From contig CM119371.1 of the NCBI GenBank assembly GCA_051294905.1, positions 28,646,001-28,710,000 on the forward strand: a stretch of 64,000 bases of DNA, read 5' to 3'. The DNA is from Botryllus schlosseri (Eukaryota). The translations under genes were made by a program, and so were the position numbers. Of the stretch, positions 1-12,392 are shown in pieces; positions within the stretch are counted from its first letter, which is position 1; each line of letters starts with the position of its first letter. The notes under the pieces were generated by a model that saw only the letters and a program-made list of their open reading frames with translations, was not told the origin of the DNA and made no database searches.

Positions 1-2100
1 GCAAAATTACTGGTATTGCTCTCGGATTAAAGACGCCGATATTTCTATCATAGACAAGTGTTCCACTTTTAACCACGTTCAGGAGTCGAGGCTTGTCCCA
101 AAGCATAATCGAACCGAGTTTTAGCCAATTCTACCGTCTAGTTCGAGTCGAATTTCATCTCTACTTTTCAGAGAAATTGCACGAGTATCATCACCTGGCC
201 AACGTCTTTCGCAAAATTACTGGTATTGCTCTCGGATTAAAGACGCCGATATTTCTATCATAGACAAGTGTTCCACTTTTAACCACGTTCAGGAGTCGAG
301 GCTTGTCCCAAAGCATAATCGAACCGAGTTTTAGCCAATTCTACCGTCTAGTTCGAGTCGAATTTCATCTCTACTTTTCAGAGAAATTGCACGAGTATCA
401 TCACCTGGCCAACGTCTTTCGCAAAATTACTGGTATTGCTCTCGGATTAAAGACGCCGATATTTCTATCATAGACAAGTGTTCCACTTTTAACCACGTTC
501 AGGAGTCGAGGCTTGTCCCAAAGCATAATCGAACCGAGTTTTAGCCAATTCTACCGTCTAGTTCGAGTCGAATTTCATCTCTACTTTTCAGAGAAATTGC
601 ACGAGTATCATCACCTGGCCAACGTCTTTCGCAAAATTACACGTATAGCTGTCGGATTAAAGACGCCGATATTTCTATCATAGACAAGTGTACCACTTTT
701 AACCACGTTCAGGAGTCGAAGCTTGTCCCAAAGCATAATCGAACCGAGTTGTAGCCAATTCTACCGTCTAGTTCGAGTCGAATTTCATCTCTACTTTTCA
801 GAAAAATTGCACGAGTATCATCACCTGGCCAACGTCTTTCGCAAAATTACACGTATAGCTGTCGGATTAAAGACGCCGATATTTCTATCATAGACAAGTG
901 TACCACTTTTAACCACGTTCAGGAGTCGAAGCTTGTCCCAAAGCATAATCGAACCGAGTTGTAGCCAATTCTACCGTCTAGTTCGAGTCGAATTTCATCT
1001 CTACTTTTCAGAAAAATTGCACGAGTATCATCACCTGGCCAACGTCTTTCGCAAAATTACACGTATAGCTGTCGGATTAAAGACGCCGATATTTCTATCA
1101 TAGACAAGTGTACCACTTTTAACCACGTTCAGGAGTCGGAGCTTGTCCCAAAGCATAATCGAACCGAGTTGTAGCCAATTCTACCGTCTAGTTCGAGTCG
1201 AATTTCATCTCTACTTTTCAGAAAAATTGCACGAGTATCATCACCTCGCCAACGTCTTTCGCAAAATTACACGTATAGCTCTCGGATTAAAGACGCCGAT
1301 ATTTCTATCATAGACAAGTGTACCACTTTTAACCACGTTCAGGAGTCGAAGCTTGTCCCAAAGCATAATCGAACCGAGTTGTAGCCAATTCTACCGTCTA
1401 GTTCGAGTCGAATTTCATCTCTACTTTTCAGAGAAATTGCACGAGTATCATCACCTGGCCAACGTCTTTCGCAAAATTACACGTATAGCTCTCGGATTAA
1501 AGACGCCGATATTTCTATCATAGACAAGTGTACCACTTTTAACCACGTTCAGGAGTCGAAGCTTGTCCCAAAGCATAATCGAACCGAGTTGTAGCCAATT
1601 CTACCGTCTAGTTCGAGTCAAATTTCATCTCTACTTTTCAGAAAAATTGCACGAGTATCATCACCTGGCCAACGTCTTTCGCAAAATTACACGTATAGCT
1701 CTCGGATTAAAGACGCCGATATTTCTATCATAGACAAGTGTACCACTTTTAACCACGTTCAGGAGTCGAAGCTTGTCCCAAAGCATAATCGAACCGAGTT
1801 GTAGCCAATTCTACCGTCTAGTTCGAGTCGAATTTCATCTCTACTTTTCAGAGAAATTGCACTAGTATCATCACCTGGCCAACGTCTTTCGCAAAATTAC
1901 ACGTATAGCTGTCGGATTAAAGACGCCGATATTTCTATCATAGACAAGTGTACCACTTTTAACCACGTTCAGGAGTCGAAGCTTGTCCCAAAGCATAATC
2001 GAACCGAGTTTTAGCCAATTCTACCGTCTAGTTCGAGTCGAATTTCATCTCTACTTTGCAGAGAAATAGCGCGAGTGTCATCACCTCGCCAATGTTTGTC
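1..2100 (+). repeat. Tandem array of a 210-bp unit (10 units in window, runs off the left edge)
   Basis: GCAAAATTAC recurs at 1, 211, 421, 631, 841, 1051, 1261, 1471, 1681, 1891. Units are near-identical; the last degenerates around 2050-2100. Confidence 0.98.
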
Positions 2101-2216
2101 GAAAAATAGCAAAGCATAATGCACACGACGATTGAAAATTGTATTTTTATTGCACAGAAAATGAAAGGATTGCTTTCCGAATATGAATAGCAGTCAACAA
2201 TACCGAAACATTATAT

Positions 2217-2712
2217 TTAGGAAGTACTGGATTTTTCACATTCAGAACAAAACCATAGAAAAGATGGTTCACTCCAAACACCATTCGGAATCGGTTGAGG
2301 ATGGCATTCACCATGATACCATGTGTCACATGCATCACATTTTACCATTTCAGGTTGGGAATGGGCATAAGGCAACTTGCATATACAAAATACTGGCAGG
2401 TTTATAGCTGAGAAGGGGATTGGTGTTGGATCCACGACAAAGAAATCCAGTAAATCGACATGATCTCTTTCAATCATTGTGAGGCACTTCTGCCGAAGTT
2501 GCTGCTCATACACCACCGTTTCTGGATTGAACCCAAAACACAGGCTTATGGCATTGGCTATAGCGAAGACACCGCAATCACTACTATTACTTTGCTGTTG
2601 GACCCTTGGAAATAGTATGCTGAGAGTGCTCGAACGCGGTCTACACAGCATTCCGATCGAACATATAGTTTCATCGTCATATGCCGAAGAATTGTAGGCG
2701 GAATCATACACG
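2217..2712 (-). pseudogene. 3' part of Ulp1/SENP-like (C48) cysteine protease + C-terminal PHD finger gene, interrupted by a transposon
   Basis: ORF 2217..2711 has YDS (catalytic Asp), QQQSNSSDCG (oxyanion Gln, catalytic Cys) and CICK...CDAC..WYHGEC...WFCSEC (C4HC3 PHD). Minus-strand AATAAA at 2146-2151 downstream of the stop. Confidence 0.85.
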
Positions 2713-2859
2713 CAGTGGTGGCTTTTGGGGTAGGCGAGGTAGGCGGTCGCCTAGGGCCCCCCCTGATTGATTTACGCGCTTTCGAGGGCCCCCCTCCTCA
2801 GTTTACGCGCTTTTTTCAACTATTTCTCCGGTTCACGCGCTTTTTTTCAAGTATTACCA

Positions 2860-3925
2860 TTTTCCGAATAACCGCGGAATCCTTGTATCCATAAAGAATC
2901 TTGGTATTGTACCGTAAAGAGGGGTCAAACATCAATCCACTTTTTTTAGTTATCATTTTACGAATAACCACAAAAATCCATGCACCAATGTAGAATATGG
3001 TACCGTAAGCAATTGTCGATCATTAAATTCCTGCACTTGGTGCAAGAGCTCACTTCGATTTTATAATCTCTATCCATTTTGCCATTAGTTAAAGGGCCCC
3101 CCCTCCTACATTTACGCGAATGTTATCATTTTGCAGATAACTGCAAAATACATGTACCCATGTAGAATATAATACCGAAAACAGTAGTCAACCCGCTAAA
3201 AGAGCTTACTTTGATTTTATAGGGGGGCCCCCTCCTACATTTATGCAAATTTTAGTTATCATTTTGCGAATAGCCGTGTGAAAATACATGTAGGTCTACT
3301 GCCTACGTATGTAAAATATGGTACCGTAAGCAGTAGTCGATCATTAAATTTTTGCACTAGTTGCAAGAGCTTACTTTGATTTTATGATCTCTATCCATTT
3401 TGACAGTAGCTAAAGGGCCCCCCTCCTACATTTACGCGAATGCTATCATTTTGCAAATAACTGTGAAAATACATGTACCCTTGTAGAATATAATACCGTA
3501 AACAGTAGTCAATTATTAAATTTCTGCACCCGCTAAAATGGCTTACTTTGATTTTATGAGGAGGGCCTTCCTTCTTCATTTATGCGATTTTTGGTTATCA
3601 TTTTACAAATAACCGTGAAAATATATGTACCCATGTAGCATCTGGTACAGTAAACAGCAGTCGATCATTACATTTCTGCATCAGCTAAATAGCTTGCTTT
3701 GATTTTATGAGCCCCCCCCCCTACATTTATGCGAATTTTCGTTATCATTTTGCGAATAACCGTGAAAATACATTTACCGATGTCGAATATGGTACCGTAA
3801 ACAATCTATCATTAAATTTCTGCACCCGCTAAAAGAGATTACTTTGAATTCATGTGGTCGCCCCCTCCCACATTTATGCGAATTTTCGTAATCATTTTGC
3901 GAATAACCATTAAAATACATGCAGG
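2860..3925 (+). repeat. Degenerate subterminal tandem repeats (~130-190 bp) inside the hAT element
   Basis: Motif TACATTTA(C/T)GCGAA...TATCATTTTGC recurs near 3107, 3236, 3427, 3578, 3722, 3869. Confidence 0.8.
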
Positions 3926-5460
3926 CCTACCGATAATGAAGCGAGGCCACACTGAGCCTGAATATCCAGAATAGCAAAGGAAATAGTCATTTGAAAAGCC
4001 AATGAAAGCATGTAGGCTATTATAGCCTATATATTGTTGTTTACTGAGCCATTGTCATGACTCAACATATTTGTTGTGAATTAGGCCTTTTCTGAATGGA
4101 AATCCATTCTCAGGGTTGTCATGATTTGTTCATTTCTTGTCTGGCAGCTTCCTAAATACTCAAAGGTTATGTATTATGGTGTTTTAAGCTGTTTGCAGGA
4201 ATCTTAAATTGCAACTTTTCTTCATTTTTTCAAGCAATTTTTGCAGCTTTTCGATTTTTCATGCAACTCACTTTTTACTGGAAATATTTGGTACTATATG
4301 TAAATAGATCGCTTGATTATTTCACTGTGGTTTGAATTTGAGGTCATTTCATATTTGACGTACATTCAGGCTAGACCGCCGTAAATTATATTACCACTGG
4401 GTCAATTTTTTCAGGCAATTGATTTTGTCGAAGGCGCTAACACTGAGTTTTGCGACAGTGCCTTGGATACGCATCGATTCGAGTATCTCATACCTTAATA
4501 ATTCCAAGGAACTTATCCATAAATGTACCTTTTTAGTGTAACTGTAGTGAAAAATAAATGCAACTTTCCACGGATTTGACTGCAACCAAGATTTGCCCTA
4601 AGATCAGGTGTTGCATAAGACAATTTTGACCATTACATTCTTTAAATGGGCTACCAGTTCAATATAAATATGACCCGGTAAACAGCATATTAAGTAAGGC
4701 GCACTCGTCAGTTGACAACCGTACACTTCTACGATGAGTTTGGTCACTCATTTAAAAGTTATGTTGTAATTTGTTGCATTAGTATCTCCTAATTACCGTA
4801 CTCTAGTCAAGTATCTGCTACAATGCCGCGAGTACATGCTAAATGTAAGTCAGAATCTCAGAAAAGGAAGTGGTTCAGATTCAGAAAGAAATGACAATGC
4901 AAATTTTGAACTGCTACACAAATATTTTAACAATCAATGTCAGCTCAGGTATGTTCTGCACAAATTGAGGATGATGCTGTTTTCCCAACAACTATAATGC
5001 CTTATGACTTGAATGATGTAATAGTGCTTTCAAATACGTATATGGTATTTGATTGTAGTGGTCTTTTGTATATGCTATTTGTGGCTTTTTACCGAGGGCC
5101 GAATTTCCTGGCAACCCTACTATAGTACCGTATGACCGTATACTTCAAAGTTTGTTGTTGCCATTGTTACAATGCGAATGTCATGGTTTGTGATTTTGAT
5201 TGTTGCATCATACTTTGCCTTTTTGGTTTTGCTTTTAAATCTGTTTAAATCCCTTTGGTGTGCCGTTAACTCCTGAAAAGTGGCACCCGAAAATTCTTTG
5301 AGTGCAAGAAATATTATATTACAATGGATGTTGTATTGAAAGCTATATTCTTACGGATCGTGAAACTAGCTCTTCACAGGTTATACCAGTGCTGATGTGT
5401 TCCTGTGGTATTACTGGTGTTGTACCACGTTGCCGCACATTTTGCTCTATGCCTCTTCAT

Positions 5461-6079
5461 TAGGGCTGTTCAAAAATAACTTTTTTTCCTGAATCTTGCT
5501 GGTTACTTGATTAAATCGTTAGGTTGCCTTAAAAAACGACGCATACCAAATTTGAATTCATTCCGACAAATATTCGCGGGTTACGTAGAGTTTGAAAATT
5601 TAGGATTTGCCCGAAAACGCAAAAAAAATTTTTTCTCAAATTTTTTTGCCAGCCCCATGAAATTGTTGGGCTGTCTTCAAAAACTATGCAAAACAAATTT
5701 GACTCAATTCCAAGCTGTAGAAGCGGAGTTATTTCAGTTTTTATTCGATAATTCTGGGATTATCCTTGATTGGTGGATAATCCAAGAATTATCACCGAAA
5801 AACTGGAATAACTCCGCTTCTACGGCTTGGAATTGAGTCAAATTTGTTTTGCATAGTTTTTGAAGACAGCCCAACAATTTCATGGGGTTGGCAAAAAAAT
5901 TTGAGAAAAATTTTTTTTTGCGTTTTTGGGCAAATCCAAAATTTTCAAACTCTACGTAACCCGCGAATATTTGTCGGAATGAATTCAAATTTGGTATGCG
6001 TCGTTTTTTAAGGCAACCTAACGATTTAATCAAGTAACCAGCAAGATTCAGGAAAAAAAGTTATTTTTGAACAGCCCTA
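5461..6079. mobile_element. Near-perfect palindromic (foldback) MITE
   Basis: TAGGGCTGTTCAAAAATAAC...GTTATTTTTGAACAGCCCTA with ~290-bp arms (mirror ORFs 5507+ and 6033-). Flanks CTCTTCAT/CTATTCAT are an 8-bp TSD with 1 mismatch. Confidence 0.92.
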
Positions 6080-6573
6080 CTATTCATGCAACAAAATCTT
6101 CTTGGTAGAAAAAAGATAGGCCCAATCCAGCACCTGGCTGAAACCTTGACGCGGTGTGCTGGCTTATTACTAATGTCAGCCGACAGCTTTCTGGATTTAT
6201 TTTTATATGGTCCATTTGGCGTGCAGTTGCCTTGGTATACTATTATGTCATGCTACATCCCATAATTCTTCTAAATAGGTGGGCCTCGACAAGCACTATA
6301 GTTCACTTGAGTCACTTGTTTTCAAATATGACAAGTAGTACTTTGGCATGTCATTATAATTATTTAATATGGTTACAGTTTTATCATGATGTACAGACAA
6401 TGTACTGCCGGAAGAGTGCATACGAGGTACACAACAATAAAAACTTCGTTCAGCGTTAGTAAGGGGGGTCTGGGGGGCGTAGCCCCCCAGAAGTTGCGAT
6501 GATGTAGATAAGGGCCCCCCCCAGAAGTTTCGCCTAGGGCCCCCCTAATCGTAAGGCCACCACTGCATACACG

Positions 6574-6749
6574 CATATCTGGCCATCTTCACAAAACATA
6601 TTCGAAACGGTGACCCAATGATTGTTATTTATATTAACTATCTGGATAAATTTTGATTCCTGTGCTGGGGCGAAAACCGGTCCCGCACGGTCCCGACTAT
6701 AATACCCGCAAGACGTCAATCCATCTACTTCAGGAAATTGTGTATTCAT
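6574..6749 (-). pseudogene. 5' part of the Ulp1-like protease gene
   Basis: QFPEVDGL...FIQIVNINNNHWVTVS (catalytic His in NHW). Joins in frame to ...VYDSAY when 2713-6565 and one TSD copy are removed. Confidence 0.85.
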
Positions 6750-7192
6750 AATAATATAATAATATAATATAATAATATTTTGCAGTTTTGTTGACTAGCT
6801 ATTTGCACCGAAGCTCCCAGAAGCATATGTTTGAGTTGTATCGATTCACAGCCTGTTGGGACTTTGTGCTGAACTGGAATCATGTGCATGATAATATGTC
6901 CTTTGTTAGCTCTCTTCTGTTGAAGTGTCTGTGTCCACTACATGACCTTTGGTAATTCCGGTTATTGTTGCTGAGTTCTCTTGTTCTTTTCTTTGAAATT
7001 CTATTGCGGCTCTCAACCACTGTCTGCCCCTGTTTATGATGCTTGGTACAAACATACAGATGCCATAGCCTTGCATGTACAGTACGTATGTGTACAGTTG
7101 GAATAGTGCATTGATATATTGTGCCACTGTTAGTGTTCATTGAATCCATATGCTGCTATTACAAGCATGTTGCCATAACTGACAGTGTTACA

Positions 7193-8206
7193 ATGATAGA
7201 AATATCGGCGTCTTTAATCCGAGAGCTATACGTGTAATTTTGCGAAAGACGTTGGCCAGGTGATGATACTCGTGCAATTTTTCTGAAAAGTAGAGATGAA
7301 ATTCGACTCGAACTAGACGGTAGAATTGGCTACAACTCGGTTCGATTATGCTTTGGGACAAGCTTCGACTCCTGAACGTGGTTAAAAGTGGTACACTTGT
7401 CTATGATAGAAATATCGGCGTCTTTAATCCGACAGCTATACGTGTAATTTTGCGAAAGACGTTGGCCAGGTGATGATACTCGTGCAATTTTTCTGAAAAG
7501 TAGAGATGAAATTCGACTCGAACTAGACGGTAGAATTGGCTACAACTCGGTTCGATTATGCTTTGGGACAAGCTTCGACTCCTGAACGTGGTTAAAAGTG
7601 GTACACTTGTCTATGATAGAAATATCGGCGTCTTTAATCCGAGAGCTATACGTGTAATTTTGCGAAAGACGTTGGCCAGGTGATGATACTCGTGCAATTT
7701 CTCAGAAAAGTAGAGATGAAATTCGACTCGAACTAGACGGTAGAATTGGCTACAACTCGGTTCGATTATGCTTTGGGACAAGCTTCGACTCCTGAACGTG
7801 GTTAAAAGTGGTACACTTGTCTATGATAGAAATATCGGCGTCTTTAATCCGACAGCTATACGTGTAATTTTGCGAAAGACGTTGGCCAGGTGATGATACT
7901 CGTGCAATTTTTCTGAAAAGTAGAGATGAAATTCGACTCGAACTAGACGGTAGAATTGGCTAAAACTCGGTTCGATTATGCTTTGGGACAAGCCTCGACT
8001 CCTGAACGTGGTTAAAAGTGGAACACTTGTCTATGATAGAAATATCGGCGTCTTTAATCCGAGAGCAATACCAGTAATTTTGCGAAAGACGTTGGCCAGG
8101 TGATGATACTCGTGCAATTTCTCTGAAAAGTAGAGATGAAATTCGACTCGAACTAGACGGTAGAATTGGCTAAAACTCGGTTCGATTATGCTCGACTCCT
8201 GAACGT
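7193..8206 (-). repeat. Inverted array of the same 210-bp unit (~4.8 units)
   Basis: Reverse complement of the 1-2100 unit; AATATCGGCGTCTTTAATCC at 7201, 7411, 7621, 7831, 8041. Confidence 0.97.
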
Positions 8207-8975
8207 CTTCTTGCGTATTGTATTTGGTTGAAATAATACTTGCAATAAATCATAGTTGTCTGTTTTGGACATGTTTTACGCGACAGATCCGCATAAAATT
8301 TGGTATGGACAGAGTTGTATATACGTTTTATCATGTGTCAGTGTCCAAATCCGGATACAATATCCGGATACGCCATTGTTTCATCATTTTGGTGATACAA
8401 CCGTTCATGTTGTTATATGTCACATTTAGTAGGTACCCTTCGATTTGTGTGATAGAATTTTGTGTGATAACTTCACTCTGGTCACCCAAAACAGTATCGC
8501 TCAGTGCTTGTTTCAATGGCGTTCAAGGCGATTCGTCGTGTATTTCTTGAAGTTGCGTCGGAATTAGTTAGACAGTTCAACATTTAAGTAGCGGTGGCGA
8601 GTCGTTATGACTAGTGAATAATACTGTGTAGCCTATGTTACATTTCTCACGAGATTGATGTGATATTGCGGCTTTGATCCTTTGTAGAGTTTGCTACGTA
8701 TATGAATATAATGACAGAAGATATAGAATATCTGGTCCGTGTGCATTGGCTATTGTGAGATGAATTCATGGAAAGAAAGACTGAAGAATACTACAAAGTG
8801 AACAAGTGGAAAGATCTTGAACTATGCCGATATGCAATTCACAATATCGTTGATTGAAAATATGTCCTATATTAACTGCAGAAACTCGAGTATGAATATA
8901 ACAAATAATATTGCAACTGTCTTGTGGTCTTATATAATGCCTGTCCGATTACCGCAGAAACTTGAGTATGACTAG

Positions 8976-10284
8976 CAGGACCGTAAGTGCCGCACCCCAA
9001 ACCCCCCAATTGTGGGGGGCCCGAACTCGAAGGGGGCCCAAAATTATTTCGCGAATTAGCATAAATTATGGAGCATTTTTCAAAAATTGATGCAACTTTT
9101 TCAAAAAATTTTCGCGCTGCGTGCGATTTCAAGTTGCCAACTTTCTTAGTTATTTGGTAGCCTACTCTTCCCCAAGACAAAATACGCAATATTTATTGAA
9201 ATGGACATATCGGCGAGACATTCAAAGTTTTAGAACATGTAACATGCGACTCCAAGAAGTGTGCCAGAACGATCGGCAGCGAGAAAACCTGAGCCAAAAA
9301 GGACTGCCCGCTTACGCTGACCGAAAACTTCGGGATATATGCAAAATGCATATAGGTTTAATTGTCCATAGGCGCCTAAATGACTGGCGCCGAATGTTCC
9401 TGTTTTGGCAATCTGAACCTCAGAAGACAAATATCATTCCGCAGGGGAAAATTGTATGCCCGTAAAGAAATACAAATTTGAAATCGTGTGCGTCGTTAGT
9501 CTAGTACATATCGGCAATTTTGTATTTTTTGATAAAACAGACAGGAGATCACGAAATGACATCATGAAACGAAGTCATACCAACGGGGCCGCCCGCCCGA
9601 ATATGTTTAATTATTATTTAGGGGCTCTACAGTTTCCAAGCCACCTGATTCAGCTCTACTGGTAAATCTGACAACGTGAACAGAGAGAACAAGAAATTGA
9701 TAGCAATATATATGCAATTCCCAATATTATTGACCGATTTTATCATGAATTATCGAATATTTTCGCGCTGGCTCACTAAACTGTGGCCCTTATTTCGTGA
9801 CAAAAGCGAACAACGTGATGGGGGGTTATCACCCTATGGGAGTCCGAGACCCAAGTCTTATTGGGGGGTCTGGCCAAGTGCTGTTTCGTTCCTGCGAACG
9901 GGTATACGCCCGAAGATGTTCAATTATTATTGAGGGGTCCTACCATTTCAAACACACCTCACTCAGGTCTACCGTTAAATCTGACTACGTGGGCAGAGAG
10001 AGAGGATAAAAATTGATAACACTATATATTCAATTCCCGATCATATTGACCGATTAAATCATGAATTTTTTCGCGCTTCGCGCGTGTGGACGACCAGTGC
10101 TGCCCCACTAAACGGACGGTGAACACAGATGATGAGTAGCGGTAAACAGAGTATAGCCAATGGAGGTCTGGGGGGCCAAGCCCCCCAGAAGTTCGGTTTA
10201 ATCACCCTATGGGGGGGGGGGGGCATGACCAACGTTTATTTTGGGGGGGGGGCGGGGGGCTGACGAAGTGCTGTTACGGCCCTG
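8976..10284. mobile_element. Non-autonomous hAT-type element nested in the CAC-TIR element
   Basis: TIR CAGGACCGTAA / TTACGGCCCTG; perfect 8-bp TSD ATGACTAG at 8968-8975 and 10285-10292. Confidence 0.92.
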
Positions 10285-10335
10285 ATGACTAGAACAAGCG
10301 CCTTGTGTAATGTTAATGTTCTGCTTGAGCTCGAC

Positions 10336-11602
10336 TCACAATAGCCAGAGCTTACTCCTTGAAAGTGTGCAAAATCGCACTTGAAGGGAACTCGTTGTCA
10401 TTGCCAAGAACACAGGAAGACGTCTGCCGGTCGACATTAGTTGTAAGCCAATGCACCACGTCAAGGTGTCGACCAACGCATTGGTTTCCTTTTTTAGGTA
10501 GGGAACCTCAATGTGGATAGGCAGCATTTGCCACAGAGAGAAAAAACTACCATACTAAAAGAGCATATTGTTCATTTTTTTTTCAAACCATCTCGCAAAC
10601 TTTTGGAAAATTTGGAGGACTTTTTTTGCTTCTCATGCAATGCAAACTTTGCAAAATTGTGAGACAAGATGTTATTCAAGTGTCTCATTGCCTTGTCCAT
10701 GACATCCCTCAACCTCATTTAGGTCTGAGCCAGATTGAAGTGACACAGTATGAATTAATTTGTTATAGAATGGATCACAGTGAATTGCGTCAAGTACCCT
10801 GGAAAAATTGATCTTTTTCAGGGGTTTTGCCATTTCTTTACTGTGGATAACATAAAAGCGGAGAACCATGCCATGAAACTGTTCAGACGGGCTCTTCAAT
10901 CCACCGACTTTCTTCTGCATCACTTTAATGAGGTTTCCCGATGGCGCTGCAGATGTTAGGCATGTGGCAATTGCTTCGTTAGCTTGCTTAGAAATGGCTC
11001 CCAAAAGCACTCCACCAATACATTCAAGTATGTCTAAAAACATGTCAAAGTTTTTCCATGGAAAGGGAAAGTATCAAAGGCTATTAACTTACCAGATTCC
11101 TTGCTGTTGACTCCTCCATCTCTGTGATTGGATCCTGTTCTTTACCGCACATGAGAGAATCAAACTTCTTCAAAAGTAATGCTGAAACTGGCAATTGCGG
11201 CAAACCCAGCAACTTGTTAGCTTGGTGACAGATATTAGAATAATGTTGATAAAATCCGTCAACACCAAGTTTGCAATATTCAGAATGGAGTTGTTTCACC
11301 AATGGAACAGCTTTGGTCACGTCTAGTTCCTCGAATGATGGGGCGCATTCAAAGTATTTTTTGCTATTTACACAAGCCCTCTTTAAAACAGCAATTACAG
11401 CATCCTCAGATATATCCCAAGTACTGGTGGGAACTTTATGGTTTTTGTAATGTTTTTTCAGAGATTTCACAGTCGGAAAGGATGCTTCGCATTCCTCACA
11501 AATCACACCTTTCCAGTTATCGAGTCCTTCGAAACATTCTTCAATTTCCATTTCAGTTAGTCCCTCCCAGTCATCCCAAAGTGATGCAGCTGAATCAGTC
11601 AT
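10336..11602 (-). pseudogene. Spliced, frameshifted gene: N-terminal C2H2 finger plus a domain resembling the C-terminal module of P-element/THAP9-type transposases
   Basis: CEECEASFPTVKSLKKHYKNH (C2H2) in ORF 11084..11602. GTAAGT...TTTTTAG intron at ~11092-11034. Next exon ILECIGG...CLTS...NLIKVMQKKVGGLKSPSEQF. A 1-nt shift just before the donor is needed to join the frames. 3' end approximate. Confidence 0.55.
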
Positions 11603-12392
11603 GATACAGATTTCTATCCGTGACGAAATATGATCTAAACCTGGCGAAAAATAGAACAGGGGCTACACGGTATTATTCACTAGTCATAACGACTCGCCAC
11701 CGCTACCTAAATGTTGAACTGTCTACCTAATTCCGACGTAACTTCAAGAAATACACGAAGAATCGCCTTGAACGCCATTGAAACAAGCACTGAGCTATCC
11801 TGTTTTGGGTGCATCCATCTGACCGTGACCATTCTGCCGGCTAACAATGGGAGAACAATCGAGTCGTCACTCCAGTCATACTCTATAGTTAAATGCATTC
11901 ATTGCTATGGATCAAGCCCTGGCTGGTTCCGACAATAAATGACAACGTTGAAACCGCTGATACCGCTCACCTCGTTGAAATGCGTAAGCAACATAAGTAA
12001 AGTTTCTGCAGTGACGAGATTACTGCTGGATGAGATGAGGACGAAGGCAGGCTGCAGCAAGCGAGCTGCAGAGGTGTTTGTTTTCGAATTCAGTTGTTCC
12101 TCAGATATTGATTCTTATCCTTCCTGTTCATCAGCCATTAGGGTACTTGATATCAGTTGTCAGAATGACAGAAAAGCGACGTGTCGGTGTTGTTGCAGAG
12201 GTAACTGGTGGTTCTGATTTCTGATGATATTTGGAATGATTGTGTGGTGTGGTAATGTATGAATACATGCTGGCATGGTCAATTGGTCATGTTTATGATT
12301 TCGGAAACACTAGAACTGAAGTGCCACCGGTACTCTCTGATTGATTGTGCACATCATCATGCTGATTATATATAATATTATATATATTTCCT

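Larger units (their letters stand above)
2713..6565. mobile_element. Non-autonomous hAT-type DNA transposon
   Basis: TIR CAGTGGTGGC...GCCACCACTG; perfect 8-bp TSD CATACACG at 2705-2712 and 6566-6573; no intact transposase. Confidence 0.93.
8483..11811. mobile_element. Unclassified TIR element with 151-bp TIRs beginning CACCCAAAACAG
   Basis: 8483-8633 is a high-identity inverted repeat of 11661-11811; no clear TSD (flanks CTGGT / CATCC). Confidence 0.8.

Noticed and set aside
1..2100. 210-bp array as CRISPR or as a 70-aa repeat protein
   Set aside because: No unique spacers and no cas genes; the frames checked hit stops in every unit and the ORF track shows no ORF.
4820..5000. Possible hAT transposase start (MPRVHAK.KSESQKRK)
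   Set aside because: Too short and broken to support as a feature.
5507..6033. Two near-identical convergent ORFs (MIKSLGCLKK...)
   Set aside because: Artefact of the palindromic MITE arms.
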